Shown: one piece after another, positions 40,720-54,944 of the stretch
How positions within the stretch are numbered: the stretch's first letter is position 1
Layout: each line of letters begins with the position of its first letter
Source of the DNA: Octopus vulgaris
Lineage: Eukaryota
Direction: 5' to 3'
Length of the DNA: 64,000 bases
Assembly: GCA_951406725.2 (NCBI GenBank)
Contig: OX597820.1
Span: forward strand, 125,674,001-125,738,000
Program-made: the position numbers and the translations under genes
The notes under the pieces: generated by a model
Databases searched by the model: none
The model's input: the letters and a program-made list of their open reading frames with translations, nothing else
Told to the model about the DNA's origin: nothing

Positions 40720-40905
40720 TATAATGAATGAAGGAAACGGGAAATGGATTTAGCAAGAATCTTTAATCAGCACAATGAATGTTTCGAGCCATCCTGCACC
40801 TAGAATAATCCACCCGTAAGGGACAGATGCAGAACTAGTCGAAACGATGTTTGTGCTGAATAAAAATTCTTACTAAATCCATTTTCCGTTTACTTCATTA
40901 ATTAT
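40720..40905. repeat. Foldback element (about 70-80-bp imperfect arms)
   Basis: ataatgaatgaaggaaacgggaaatggatttagcaagaatctttaatcagcacaa..gtttcga versus the reverse complement ataattaatgaagtaaacggaaaatggatttagtaagaatttttattcagcacaa..gtttcga. Confidence 0.88.
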
Positions 40906-40927
40906 ATATATATATATATATATATAC

Positions 40928-40970
<43 letters not shown>

Positions 40971-40971
<1 letters not shown>

Positions 40972-41277
40972 GCGGAATGGCCCAGTGGTTAGAGCAGTGG
41001 ACTCGTGGTCGTAGGATCGCGGTTTCGATTCCCGGACCGGGCCTTGTGAGTGTTTATTGAACGAAAACACCTAAAGCTCCACGAGACTTCGGCAGGGGAT
41101 GGTGGCGATCTCTGCTGTAGTCTCTTGCCCCAACTTTCTCTCACTCTTTCTTCCGTTGGCCTGCTCGCTTAGCCAGCGGGATGGCGTCATTCGCAGGCTG
41201 AGACAATGCGAAGTGCATTGTGACCAGCGATGTGTAGTAACATCTGATAGCCTGGTCGGTCACGGTGATCACGGTGA
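40971..41277 (+). mobile_element. tRNA-derived SINE
   Basis: Head ggcggaatggcccagtggttagagc (A box) ... ggtttcgattccc (B box), a unique body and a cacggtgat repeat tail. It lies between microsatellites. Confidence 0.85.
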
Positions 41278-43269
41278 TATATATATATATATGTTTGTAT
41301 GCATGTATGTACGGTTCAAAGCATTTTGTAAGGTAACATGCCGATTTTCCGATCCATACCCGTAATGACTTAGACCTCTCTCGAAAGGGATTATAGCGGT
41401 GATGGATTGTATCACGGTTTCGCTTATTGTTTTAGGTGCCTATGTATTTTCCAGAAAATGCAGACATACCCACACCAGAAAGATCTTTTCAATTCTCTGT
41501 TGGTAGAAATAAATACCTTGCTTGCGAGAATTCGAACGATTTAGCTCAAACTCTAACCATCATGAGCACAACATCCTAGATTTACAGCTATGGACATTCG
41601 CATATTTGTAAAACGAATAAGCAGCATTATTAATTATATATTTTCTACTGTAGAGCATGAAAATCTATTAGATTGGCGTTGTGAAAAATTTGACGCCAAA
41701 AATAGAATGGTTTCAATTTTTTTCCTGTCAATATAATACTTTTTAAGACGTTTCGAAATTAATCATAGCTTTCGAAATTTTAGCCTTACAATTAAAAAAA
41801 ATAGATTATTGTTTTCTTCGAAATATTGATGATATGTTACAAATTTATCAATGGACACGTTTCTCGAACGGCAGCTACGTTAACACAGTGCTGACGTCGA
41901 TAATTATATTTTAAAATTGTTACATATTCTATTGTTGTTGTTTTTTTGTTTTTTGCTTGATATATTATTGATTAGGTTGAAACTTTTTTACGTGCGTGGG
42001 ATCGTAAAAGAAGTTTTAAGTTACGTGCAACATGGTTCCAATTCTTTGTTGAAATCATCTGGCTTTACGCTGGTATAGTTAAGAATAATGCTATATTTAT
42101 TTGAGAAAAGAGGCAAATTTCAACGGAATTAGATTTCATACCCTACAGAACTGGTAATCTACTTAAGGCGAAGTTCACTAATACAGTATTTCATATGAAA
42201 CTACCGAACCGATTACAGGTATGAAATCGATCCGACGGTCTAAAGTTTCTGGCGTTTCGTTTCCTTATATCTATTTACATAATTACGTGCATGAATCGTA
42301 TATTCATATATCTGCTCACGCATATAAATATATACATACAATCATAGATATATGTGCACATGTATGCATACATATATATGTGCGTGTCTGTAATGTATGT
42401 GTATATGGATGAATATATCTATGTATATATATATATAAGAAATGCTTCTTTACAACTGACCGTCAGCGTAACGATGAATATTCTTATTTTCGAACCATTT
42501 GCCACATACGACATCTCTCTGAAGGTATCTTGTAGGCAGATATCATGTAACATAGCGTGTGAAAAGATTCTATATTTGAATTAGAACTACAATACGACTG
42601 GCGGTTTTTTATATAGTTCACTACATACTTTCCCCCTCCAGCTATAGAAAATAATACTTGTGCTAGATGCAGCGCTCTGAATCGAACGTAGTTTCGAAGC
42701 GAGTCTCTCAAGTATGTTGGTGACATATATAATGTGTGTGCGTGTGTTTATGTGGGGGGCTATTAGAAACAGATTTACAATGTATTTCTCAGCAGGGTTT
42801 TAGAATATTGTAATCCATAACACTAACCCTTTCTCAGAATATATAGAGTAGGCACCTTTTTTAATATCATATTCTTAATGCGCAAAATGAAAAAAATGTA
42901 TCATTTATCATTAGACGCTCCAGAATGTCACACCTAAAATGATTTATCAACACTAAGAGATTCTGTTTGAAATCATTATAATTGGTATCACGCATTATTG
43001 TATATACTTTTGTCGATGAATATATATTCGATTAACATAAACAATATATTCATGACAGCACATATGATAGTTTTATTAATATTCTCTGTAGGACGGTAAA
43101 TCGCTTGAGATGTGACAATATATATCGAGTTCAGAATTGTACTTATGATATGAGATTCTGTTTTTCACATGAAGAAAATAACACATAGCAAAGATGTGAC
43201 AGATTTATTATAGAAAACTGCGTTTCCTAGCCATGCATATATACATATATGCGTATATATACATAGACA

Positions 43270-43380
43270 TCGTGACACTCCGCCGGTTATGACGACGAAG
43301 GTTCCAGTTGATCCGATCAACGGAACAGCCTGCTCGTGAAATTAACGTGCAAGTGGCTGAGCACTCCACAGACACGTGTT
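43270..43380. repeat. SINE-like repeat fragment
   Basis: gttgatccgatcaacggaacagcctgctcgtgaaattaacgtgcaagtggctgagcactccacagacacgtgt, recalled as a frequent cephalopod repeat; unverified. Confidence 0.45.
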
Positions 43381-44009
43381 GCTTACTTCACTGCCAGCTT
43401 GCCGTCTTATTTTGAATGTGACATATTCATTGTTGGTTTTTGTTTTCAACATACATTAACCATAAATGAACACACATGAGCAATCGGTTCCAGGCCCTAT
43501 TATTGTATGTTCTCTTTCAACGTAATGCATTTAGTGTGGCCTCTTAAAAAAGGGTGTTTATGTGATTTCAGAGTAAGCCGATTGCCCTTTTATCTGGTTT
43601 CTATATTCTACCAACGATAAATTCTAAACTTAAATCTAAAAGAAAAAGGTAATGGAAGAAAAACCCAGAAAAATCAAGGTTTTGTAAATTGCCCCAGCAT
43701 GGCCACAGCTCGTGAGCTGAAACTAGATAAAATATAAAATATAATATATATATATATATAGCACAGGAATTTGTAAAATATAGAAAATATCGCACACGAT
43801 ATTTAAACTGAATTGTGAAACCAACGATCAGCCGCTTTTTACTGAGTCTCATAGGTAAAGTTTCACTTCCAATGGATCCAAAAGAGAGTTTTTCTCCATT
43901 TGGATTGAATTTTTAATTAAGCAATTACAAACTCAATAAATCAAACTGTATCATCTTTAAAATAGCGACCGTTTAGACGTCTTCTATGTTATTTACTCTA
44001 CACACTATA

Positions 44010-44214
44010 CTCTTTCTCTTTTACTTGTTTCAATCATTTGACTGCGGCCATGCTGGAGCACCACCTTTAATCGAGCAACTCGACCCCGGGACTTATTCTT
44101 TGTAAGCCCAGTACTTATTCTATCGGTGTCTTTTTCCCGAACCGCTAAGTGACGGGAACATAAACAAGCAATGCTAGGAAGACAAACACAGACACACAAA
44201 CACACACACATACA

Positions 44215-44286
<72 letters not shown>

Positions 44287-44451
44287 TACGACGGACTTCT
44301 TTCAGTTTCCGTCTACCAAATCCACTCACAAGGGTTTGGTCGGCCCGAGGCTATAGTAGAAGACACTTGCTGAAGGTGCCACGCAGTGGGACTGAACCCG
44401 GAACCATGTGGTTGGTAAACAAGCTACTTACCACACAGCCACTCCTGCGCC
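44010..44451 (-). mobile_element. tRNA-derived SINE (MetaSINE-like central domain) with internal (TA)n
   Basis: Head ggcgcaggagtggctgtgtggtaag..gggttcagtccc, central domain caagtgtcttctactatagcctcgggccgaccaaa.ccttgtgagtggatttggtagacggaaactg, and tail ggtgctccagcatggccgcagtc..gaaacaagtaaaa. Confidence 0.88.
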
Positions 44452-47400
44452 TATCTGATTATTACAGAACAAACAAATAAATCACAGAACCTTTACGAAA
44501 CCACAAACTGTCTACTGTTATCAGATGTCTTAAGAAGTTCGATAGCAAAAGCTGGTTGAGATATTTTATGCTTACTAATTCTGTTTGTCCAACCAATTAT
44601 TTTCTCGTTTTCCAGGGATTGATCGCTTGATGGAAAATTTTATATAATTTCATAAATTTCAAAAACTTTACCTGCTAGGTTATTCAAGGTAACTGACACT
44701 GTGGTGGCCTTCAAAGGCAAAACTTAATGACTTCTATTTAGTAATGGTATCTTACTAATATTGTCGAATTAATGTTTATTCCCGTTAGATTAGATTTTAT
44801 ACTCTTTTATTCGTATATATTAGTAATCATGTATGTTGTAGAAAATATACACCATGTTCTCTACATACATATCTATATTGTACACATCCTAGATATTTTA
44901 GTTACATAAATATATACAATATAAGTTCTGCACATAAGTCTCGAAAAGTATGCATATAAAAAATACAGTTGTAAACTATTGTTATATGGTTTACAACTAT
45001 ATTTATTCTTGGCATATACGTATGTATGTGTGTATGTAAGCATGTATATAAATATGTATATATTTGGTTAAAGGGGCAGAGATAAAGTCTATAAGAGTAT
45101 CATAGGTCTGCTGTTAGTGATTATTTTAGGACTTAATAGACAATAAATAATTGATGGGTTTTCCGTCTCAGATAAATGCAATTCGTTCGAACTTGCCTCT
45201 AGGTATCTGTTTCTTTACAGAGTTTCTACTCTCATCTCTTTAAATATAAAGACAATTATTTCAATAGAAATTACCTTACATATATATAAGTATATTCTTA
45301 CTGATATATATATATATGCGTATACACACACATATTCATATAAGAAAATTATAGTCGTCAACTGAACGTGACAAATGGTATGAAGAACAACTATATTGCT
45401 AGCAATAGAAGCTAAAATACTACAATACTGTAATAAAGCATATAGCATATATTCTGATAGAGGCTGCAATCTCTCCAAACACCGAACCAAGAAGTCCCTA
45501 TACGGACCGGTCAGTTTCTGCTATTCCCGTAGTCATGGCCGTTGATGCCAACTAGTTCGGCTGATTCCGGGATACGTCGGCTATCGGAATATGTGTATTC
45601 ACCATAAAAATCTATGGCTGATTTAGCAGATTGCTAATGTGTATAGAAAAATTGATAAAAACAGTTATTTGCAATATTAAACCATAAAGGAAAATTATAG
45701 TCCTCAACTAAACGTGACTAAAGGTGTGAATAACGCCTGCGCTGCATGAAATCAGAGCTAAACTGCCCCAATTCTGTTAAATATACATCTTGTATATGTA
45801 TGTATATATATGTGTGAGTGTGTGCGTGCGTGTGTGTGTGTGTGTGCTCTCGCATGTGTGTGCATAGACAGATGTGTGGATATATATATGTATATATATG
45901 TGTATATAGACAGGTGTGTGGATATATACATGCGCTTACACACACGCGTACACACACAGACGCGTCCCCACCCACACACACATGGATATATTCATAAAAA
46001 ATCCATCGAAATATTACCTCGACTGGAATTAGATTTTATACTGGAGTGTTTGCCAGCGTAATAGATATCGTTTTTGAAAACATAACTTGACTATAGATTT
46101 TATTTTGACCCAATATTTCGTTTATATTACCCAGATATGTGATCTTGCATTTTATTACAAGTTTAAGGATTTTCCTGCTTTCTAACATTGATTTCTTTCC
46201 GTTATAAAAATGCCAGATTTTGTTTAAGGTCAAAATTTATCGCCGATAGAATATAGAACGCCAGATAAAAGGGTATTGCACAGACTGTAAACATTCAATA
46301 CAAAATTTCTTTGAGCTGCCTTCCCAATTCTAGTTTTATGCATCTTCAAAATAATCCGTCTTCCATAAAATTTGGAAAATGTCCTTTCGCATAAACATGG
46401 CATAGACGCATACGATCTCTCAGAAGTTACGAATTCCTCTTAACACTTCGCAATTAATCTACAGCTTTGTAGTATTTGTTTTAAGAAGGTATTTAATGCA
46501 TTTCTGTTTTCATTTTAAACATGATTCAACGAAATGTTGTAAATTGATGAGGTCTCATATTTGTACTCTTTATGCCTGCAATCGTGTGGATGATAATATA
46601 CCAATGTAGCATTGAATATTCTTACGCTAATCCTCATTTAATAAAACATCTCATTTATAATATTAGTTCCTTATGATTAAGCACTATAATCTCACCAATA
46701 ATCCTGTATATTGTTAATGCTCTTCTGACTGAATATCAAAATCCAATTATAAGTATGTTAAATTTTGATATACATGTTACTTTCGTACGTATACTATATT
46801 AATTAATTATTTTGATGAAGCACCACCGAGGTTGATTATTCGTTACGTTTCTATCAACTCCAATACTATTTAGACTCCTATTAAAAAGAAATTCTTTCAG
46901 GTGGAAATGTAAACGATTTTCTCAACATATTATACAGTCATATACGTGTAATAAGGATCATCGTCGTATCCACTGTAATTATTCAATGATTTGTTTATAT
47001 TACTTTCTAGAAACAATTGCAGGCAAGAACTGCAGTTTATTGTAATCACATTTATTCAATAATAATTGAATTCTTCCTATAAAATTTGAATACGTGAATG
47101 GCAGGAGAATTTCATTCCTGTGGAATTTGAACTAAAAATGTGCAACAACGTATCCAAGCGACCTGAAACTTTTATATTATTTCTCTCCCATTCCTCTAAT
47201 TAATAATTCTTTTGTATTGTACTTATTATTTATAGAGACATGCGATCTGTAAATAAATAAATAAATTTTATACTCTGTTTCCAACAACCATTCATGCCAA
47301 TACAGGACTTCAGTGTTGATCGAGAGTTAACATCTGTTTTATTACGAAATATAAATTTCATTCTTCTCGTCCCTGAAAATGGCCAAACAGAATTTACAAA

Positions 47401-48779
47401 TTGACTTCCGAAATTTATTCAGACATGCAACTGCATTACACTTACTACACAATGGTAACGATGTCTAACAAGTGTGGATCATCAGAAAACTCTTTAAAAT
47501 AATTCACAGGTCCTTAGTAAGTCAAAATCAGTAATCGAATTTTTAAAATCTATTTCTCATTTACGAATGTTAATATTTTGAATTTAATATGCTAATTTCT
47601 TACACAGAAAAGGCGCCGAAATTTGAAAGGTAAATCACTCGATTAAATCGCACTAGTATTTACTTTTCTCGATCTTTTGAACTTAGAACTTAACTGCAAT
47701 AAATATCAAAAGACATCTTCCCGAAACCCTAAGTAATCCAGCAATTCACTGGCCTTCATTTATATAGGGGGAAGATATTCGATGTCCCATCAATTCACAC
47801 TACTACATATTATGTTACTGAAGGTCATATAGAGGACAGTACTGCAACTATAACTCAAATACTTTTTAATATTTAGTCTTAATACGTAAGTTCATGAAGT
47901 TTCTCACACGTAATAAACCAACAAATTAGCTAAACATATTTCACTATATTAAGGATTAGAAAAAAAAATAGCATTCTTTTTTTAAAAATATTTTTTAATA
48001 CTTAAGACACATTCGGTTCATACTAAATTATCCCACTGTATACTCTTAATGGAGGCAGCAATATTCTCTGTGGTATTCGTAATCCCTTTTTCTACATAAC
48101 AGAAATAATCTGTAAATCCTATATCTTGCTCGTCTGATGAACATGTTCCGTGTGAAATGACAGAATATATCCTTTTATTGAGATGTACCATTGTAATGAT
48201 TGACAGCTTAGAAGCAAATTAAGAAAAGATTAATCATGTTTAGCTGCACTATTTATATAGCAGAAAGCTTTTGGATTAGTTTTTGAAATAGTTCATGCTG
48301 CCTGTTCTCATTTTATTTAATGCCCGAAGAAGGGACAACCAATAAAATGTCACCAGATTGTAGGTGAACGAAGATACTTTCCGTAATATCAGAAGAGCAA
48401 CTTGAAAACGTTTTTATTCTAAAAAAAAAGAATAAAATGACAAATTTTTACATGTTTCTTAAATAAAATTATAGAAATGTTTCATAGGATGTGAGGAAAG
48501 TACAAATGACAAACGTTACGTCGTGTTACTATGAAGTATATTTAATACTATATTATTCAGACCTGATGACTTCTCTTTGAGATCATTGCATACATATGAA
48601 GTTTTAGTTAGAAGGTTGAGGATCTCAACTACAAAAATCAATAATATCCTGTGTAAACGAGCTGTAATGCCTTTACAATAAGCTAACATTTGAAAACTTA
48701 ATTTGAGCCAATGAATGGAGTGAGTGTCGTGATGATCTTCTGTCAATGGTACTGACATTAAAATATTTCTATTATTAAC

Positions 48780-48960
48780 CAGCCGAAGGGCAGCTAGATG
48801 GAATGATCGTATCTGTAGCAGGCAAAATCTTTTACATTTTCAGAGTTCAAATTCTGCCGAAGAATCTTCCTTTCGGAGAGACTAAAATAAGTATTAGCTG
48901 AGCATTGGAATAGATGTAATCTACAAAAACAACACCTCATTACAGATTTTGTGTGAAAAT
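48780..48960 (+). mobile_element. Decayed SINE of the 50.5-kb family
   Basis: gagttcaaattctgccga..cctttcgg..aaaataagta matches the 50476-51035 unit. Other decayed copies lie near 60440-60550 (+), 34900-35030 (-) and 47630-47750 (-). Confidence 0.55.
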
Positions 48961-49329
48961 GTAAAATAAATGGACGTGTTTTACTTTTTTTTTACACACC
49001 AATGAATAGCTGTCAGAAGTTTGCATTGAAGGCAAACACAAACAATTAAAGGTAACAAGAATGAGGAAAAGCACCGGTAGATAAGAGAGTTGATAGGTAT
49101 TGTGATATATATCACAGCCATCACTCAGTTAACGATATGTGTCTAGTATCAGCTACACCCATAAATGTGATAACTGGAGATCTGTTATTTCCTGGATCAA
49201 GTTTGAATAATATGTATATTTATATATACATACACACACAAAACACAAAACACATATATAAATATACGTATGTATGTATATACATATAATGTATATATGT
49301 GTGTGTGTTTGTATATATATATATATATA

Positions 49330-49535
49330 TTACGGAGATGTACTCGCATAGCAAGTGATTTGATCTGAGATCGTGTGCTGAAACGAAAACAATTGCAGCG
49401 TGGAAGGTGTTTGTAAGCCATTTAAGAAACACACAAAAGCCGTTCGATTCACTTCAACATTTAAGTTAAATTTGTCAAAATATTTTCGTCGCTAAAATCC
49501 GTGACCTGTTCACTGACAAAAATCCGTGCTGCATC
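49330..49535 (-). mobile_element. Second copy of the 26.4-kb repeat family
   Basis: Shares caattgcag.gtggaaggtg.tt.taagccatttaagaaacacacaaaa.ccgtt.gattcacttcaa...ctgacaaaa.t.cgtgctgcatc. Confidence 0.75.
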
Positions 49536-50475
49536 TTATAAATATACAACTTATAAATAAGGGCAAACGAAAAAATTTCTAATGCCAAATACGCCGAAAT
49601 TGGACATAATTTCTCACAATACGCACGCTACTCGAGGCATTGCAGTGTGATTCGAGGGAAGATAGGCTGCAGTTTCCACCAGATCTAGCTACAATTTAGT
49701 GAACCGCTTGTTACATTGTCCATACATTTATAAACACACAAGGTAGTAGGTAGTATTTAGAATTGAGTGATTACTATTATGGCAGCATGAACATTTCCCT
49801 AATTCTTTTTCGTTCTCTCTCTGGCGATATCTTTATCACACTCGCTGTATTATTTTGTTTGCTAATGGTGAAATGGAAATAATTGTAGAACGTGTTATTG
49901 TTATTCTTCGATAGCAATGCGAAAATATATATAATTGCGTTTCCTGTATATATGTAAATTACTGTCATACGTAAGTACCATATAATGTGGAGAAAAATGT
50001 TTCTATATACAACTGTTTAGTAGGTTAGGGGTCAAGAAATATACAGATGTACAAAAATCCAGCCCACACATGTGTGTGAATGAGTGATGCGTGTGTGAAT
50101 AAGTAGTGCGTGAGTGTGTGCATGTGTGTGCCTGTGTGGAAACGCTTGTATATGTGTGTGTATAAAAAATGTCAGCCAGATAAGTAATAAAGCCGTTACG
50201 ATAATAGCTAAACAATCTTGGTCAATCAGGAGGAGATTATCTAAATTTTCTCTTTAAACAATTTATCAAGTAGGGTATTCTTTTTCTGTCTAGTAATTTT
50301 TTCAGTTGGAACATAATAGTATGCTATTGTATATCTATATCTATCTACAACAATCACTTTATATTATATATCCTCTGCACAATAGAATTCACGTTTTTGG
50401 AAAGAAAAGTGTTATTCATCGTTTTGTAGAATATGTTAACATTGGAAATATCAAAAAACAAAAGTATTCATTCAA

Positions 50476-51035
50476 GGCGGTGAGCTGGCAGAAACGTTAG
50501 ACGCAGGGCGAAATGCTGAGCGGTATTTCGTCTACAGCTACGTTCTGAGTTCAAATTCCGCCGAGGTCGACTTTGCCTTTCATCCTTTCGGGGTCGATTA
50601 AATGAGTACCAGTTACGCACAGGGGTCGATATAATCGACTTAATCCGTCTGTCTGTCCTTGTTTGTCCTCTCTGTGTTTAGCCACTTGTGGGTAGTAAAG
50701 AAATAGCTATTTCGTCTGCTGCTACGTTCTGAGTTAAAATTCTGCCGAGGTCGACTTTGCCTTTCATCCTTTCGGGGTCGATTAAATAAGTACCAGTTAC
50801 GCACTGGGGTCGATATAATCGAATTAATCCGGTTGTCTCTCCTTGTTCGTCCCCTCTGTGTTTAGCTCCTTGTGGGTAGTAAAGAAATAGGTATTTCGTC
50901 TGTCTTTACGTTCTGAGTTCAAACTTCGCCGAGGTCGACTTTGTCTTTCATCCTTTTGGTGTCGATAAAATAAGTACCAGTCACGAAAGGGTTCGATCTA
51001 ATTTCTGGTGCTGTGCCTAGAGTAGAAAAGAAAAA
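50476..51035 (+). mobile_element. tRNA-derived SINE with body repeated about three times (period 184 bp)
   Basis: One head ggcggtgagctggcagaa, then units starting at 50523, 50707 and 50891, each with tacgttctgagtt.aaa.t..gccgaggtcgactttg.ctttcatccttt.gg.gtcgat.aaat.agtaccag. Confidence 0.9.
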
Positions 51036-53884
51036 ATTACATATAAAAGTATTCAATTCTTCTCTCTGGCCACTCTCTTGGTCTCTCTCGCTTCATTGCT
51101 TTTTCATTTTACCTTTGTCCGATATTACATTAATTTGGGGGTCTAAATCTATTAGATCATCGTATTAATTGCTAGTGGACTTGTAATCTTTTTCAAGGTA
51201 TTAATGTTATATTGCGATATGAAGTTTTTAAAGATATATAGCCGTACGTTACATTTCAGTTGGGCTAACCGCCCGATAGTTATCAGTGTTTATCAATACT
51301 TATTAAAGAGTAGGCTACCAGCAGCTTCCCCGTACTATGCAAATATCTAGGAATACCTGATGCTAACCGGAGATAAAACCGATAGAATCTTGATGTTCCT
51401 TTAAATATTTATAAACGCATTGTTTCTAAAGATAAGGTCAACATGAACAAAAATCTTTCAGTTGTACATTCAGTTTATTTGAGAAATGTGTGTTAAGAAT
51501 CTAAATAAAGTGTGAACACAATCATTATGCGTATGTATATATATATATAAAATGGGATATGTCTCTAAATGCACTTAGTAGATGCTAAAACTATTCCTGT
51601 ATGTTGAAAATGAAATATTTAATATATTTTACATTTACTGGAGAAGGAAATAAACAACTAGTCGTCGCAGCAGTCAAGAGTCAAATTCCAATAATATTTC
51701 CATTTATTACTTTAAGGATGTTTTATTATTACTTTTTTGTAGAGAATATTTTACTATTACTTTGTCTAGTAGCCATTTTTATATCAAATACAGTTTGAAG
51801 TTTATTAAACTCTGTGAGGACAAATACATTAAAAGAACACATAAAAATATATCCTTACTCGACAAATAAATGTGATTCTCTTTCTATTTTAGACTAGTAT
51901 ATAATTATAACTGTTTGATCTAGACTTAGTTTCACTAGCATACAGAAAAATATAGAGATTTATATTTATGCAATAAGTTCCTTCTTCATCTTCTGAACTT
52001 TGTAGATTGGCTAGTTAAAGCGTTGTTTATTATATATTTCGAAATAAAGGAATTTACTTATTTCTTATTTTAAATGCCGTTTACCAATACACTTTCGCTT
52101 AAATAATGAGTAACTAAGAGTGGTTGATGTTCGATTCGGTAGCTTTGGTGTTTCGTATTCTTTCATAAATGGTTTTATGTGATCTCAGTGTCTGCAAGTC
52201 CTTTGCTGTTGCAAAAGTAGTTGATAATGGAGAGGAAATGGCGAGATTGTCAGTAGATAAGTAGTCATAGAAAATAAGTATCGGACGACTGCTCAACATG
52301 TAATTGTTCGTTCGATGTTTGTTTATAAGGCAATATTCTCGATGTTAGACTAGAGTTTTCCCATTAAATTTCGCCGTTCGAAATAAAGTTCGGACCCTAG
52401 GCTAACTAAAAATTAGAATAACGATGGCCATACATTTCTGTTTCACATATATGTGTTATTCCAAATCAATTTAGTTTTTCGAATAGTTTTAAGTATATAA
52501 GGGTATATTATTAAATTAGTTTAAACAATATACAAGAATACACATATGAAATATTTTATTTAATGTAGAAATAACTGAGTAATAGTCAGTACAGTTTTCC
52601 TACGCTATCATTCCGAAATGAATGACTATGTCAAAACTGCTTTTCAAATACAACACACCTACTGGAAAAAGAAGGGAGCAATTCGAGAGGGTCGGCATTC
52701 ATGGTACATAGGATTCTGGATATTATCTAATAATGTAATAGAATGGTGAACCAAACTATGATTAACAAAAAGAAAGACGGATCTACCAATTTGACTCGTT
52801 GCAACTGACTAAACATTTCTTGAGAATGGTGGCTGTTGATAAATGGTGCATTTGCTGTGTGATAGATGTCGCAGTTTGGTTGAAGATTCATGTTTCGAAA
52901 ATCAGTCGGATATCTCTGATTTAGATGAAGTCTGCGGAATGTGTGTACGTGTGTGCAGATATTGTTCTGTGTGAGTGTGCGTGCTAGTAGTGCCTCAGAT
53001 TAGAGAGGAGTATTACAACATGATTGCTTGTGAACATTGTAAATATTCAGTCCTTGATCAGAAGCGAATTATTTCCTGAACAAGAACACCACTCTAGGAT
53101 TCCGATATGGCTCCATTATAAATATCAGATTGCCATGTAACATCATGTGCCATGGAATTCTTAAACTAATGGAAATATTAAGATGTCCTATGGTTTCATT
53201 GACATATTTATGAACTCGGAAGCATGGATAGATTTTGTTTATGAATGTCACAAAATCAAAATAGCTTATCGGCAAAGATATAGTAAAACAAATATATATT
53301 TTGGAAACAGTCTCAAAGTAATGTATCAAGGTGAGAGCGTAGATACTCTTTTGAATAAGTAGATGCTAGGCATAGATATCACAGATGCAGCATTCCCTTC
53401 AATATTGAAGAAAAATACTCTGCAATCAAATGAAGTAATTGTTATATTATAGAGTGCATTGCAGTAGTTGAAGTTGTTGCTTATTTGTTTTCCACTATCC
53501 CCTGTAATTTCGTATATTAATACGATTAAAATGTAGTTCCTTTAAAATTCGATATTTGTTGTAAATGTACTTATCTTAATGTTTTGGGACCCCACGAGGT
53601 TACTGACGCAGTTTCTACTTTCGTATGCGTTTATATTTCATTTTATCGTATTGCTGTAGTTGTATTCAGGTGTACTGAAGACGTGGTACTGTAATAATAT
53701 TCAAAGGTATTTTTGAGGTCCATTGAAGTTAAGATTCAAACTTTTGTCGCTTTCCAAGAAATAGTTGATTTCAGCATCCTCAACGCTCACTTCTCTCCTG
53801 CAGAAGAAATTCCGCATCAGAAAACATTTCATAACATTCTAAAGATATGTATAAAAAAAAGAATCTAATATATGTATGTATATA

Positions 53885-53949
<65 letters not shown>

Positions 53950-54944
53950 TATAAATCTACAGACATTTACTCGTTGCCACATTTGTGTATTGACTTTTTT
54001 CCATCTTCTACTTTGAAAATATATAAATATGAAAAACATACACTGAATGTTGTAATGAAAAGTTGAAGACCTAAAAGAAGCGACAATGAAATTTGCGAGG
54101 TAAACAAATTTTGGAAATAAATTACATATCCACAGGCGATATATAACAAGAAGAAAAATATTTTTATGAATAATTGTAAACTATCTATGAATAAATAAAA
54201 TATAAAATCAAAAATGTATCTACCCACGACAAAAGCAAGAAAGTAAAAAGGAAAGTGTTTTCCTCGGTAATTCAATTTTAAAGCTGTTACACGAAGGGAA
54301 AGTTTATTTTCATTTAATACAAAATTACATAAAGAAAACTCTTCCTAATTTACATAATTGCATTACGTTGAATATAGAACCAATTATGACTTCCAAAATA
54401 GTTGAAGTTGTTTGTCAAACAGAGTTGACTTTGCTGCCATCACTGGTTGGAAACACACGTGAGAACGTCTGCGGAGCTATCTGACTGTTATATCAGGAAT
54501 ATCAATGGAAATAGATCGTTTTCGACAACCAAACAAAGGAGCAACCCATTCCTTTTAATCCTAACATATATATGTTAGACTAGCTACCTAAATTTACGGG
54601 AATGCCTCAAGAGTCGTATGATATAAACCCAGAATTACACTAATAGCTTAGGAGTGAAATTTAGGATATCTCGGATTTCTGTGAATTGGATTTAATAAAA
54701 CTTTTCCCAGCTGGTTTGCATACTAAGGCAAAACGATTATGTTCTCATTATTGGGTGTAACATATTTTCTTTTTTATTTCCGGTACGTCAGTTTTTGGGT
54801 TAGCTACGCCAATAGCTTATGAATGAAAATAGCTCATCTAGACATTTTTCTTTAAGAAAATAAAGGGAAATGATACATATTAAGCGTACAATGAGTATAT
54901 ATTTAAAAGGAAACCATAATATTATAACATTTATTGACATAATG

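Noticed and set aside
40971-41045. Possible tRNA gene
   Set aside because: It has A and B boxes but no closed acceptor stem and runs into a SINE body. The same applies to the heads at 44451 and 50476.
48134-48165. CUGAUGA-ACAU..GUGU-GAAA hammerhead-like core
   Set aside because: No stem I partner and no repeat context, so it is compatible with chance.
50523-51000. CRISPR-like periodic repeat
   Set aside because: The 184-bp units are repeated in full with no unique spacers, and the context is a eukaryotic SINE.
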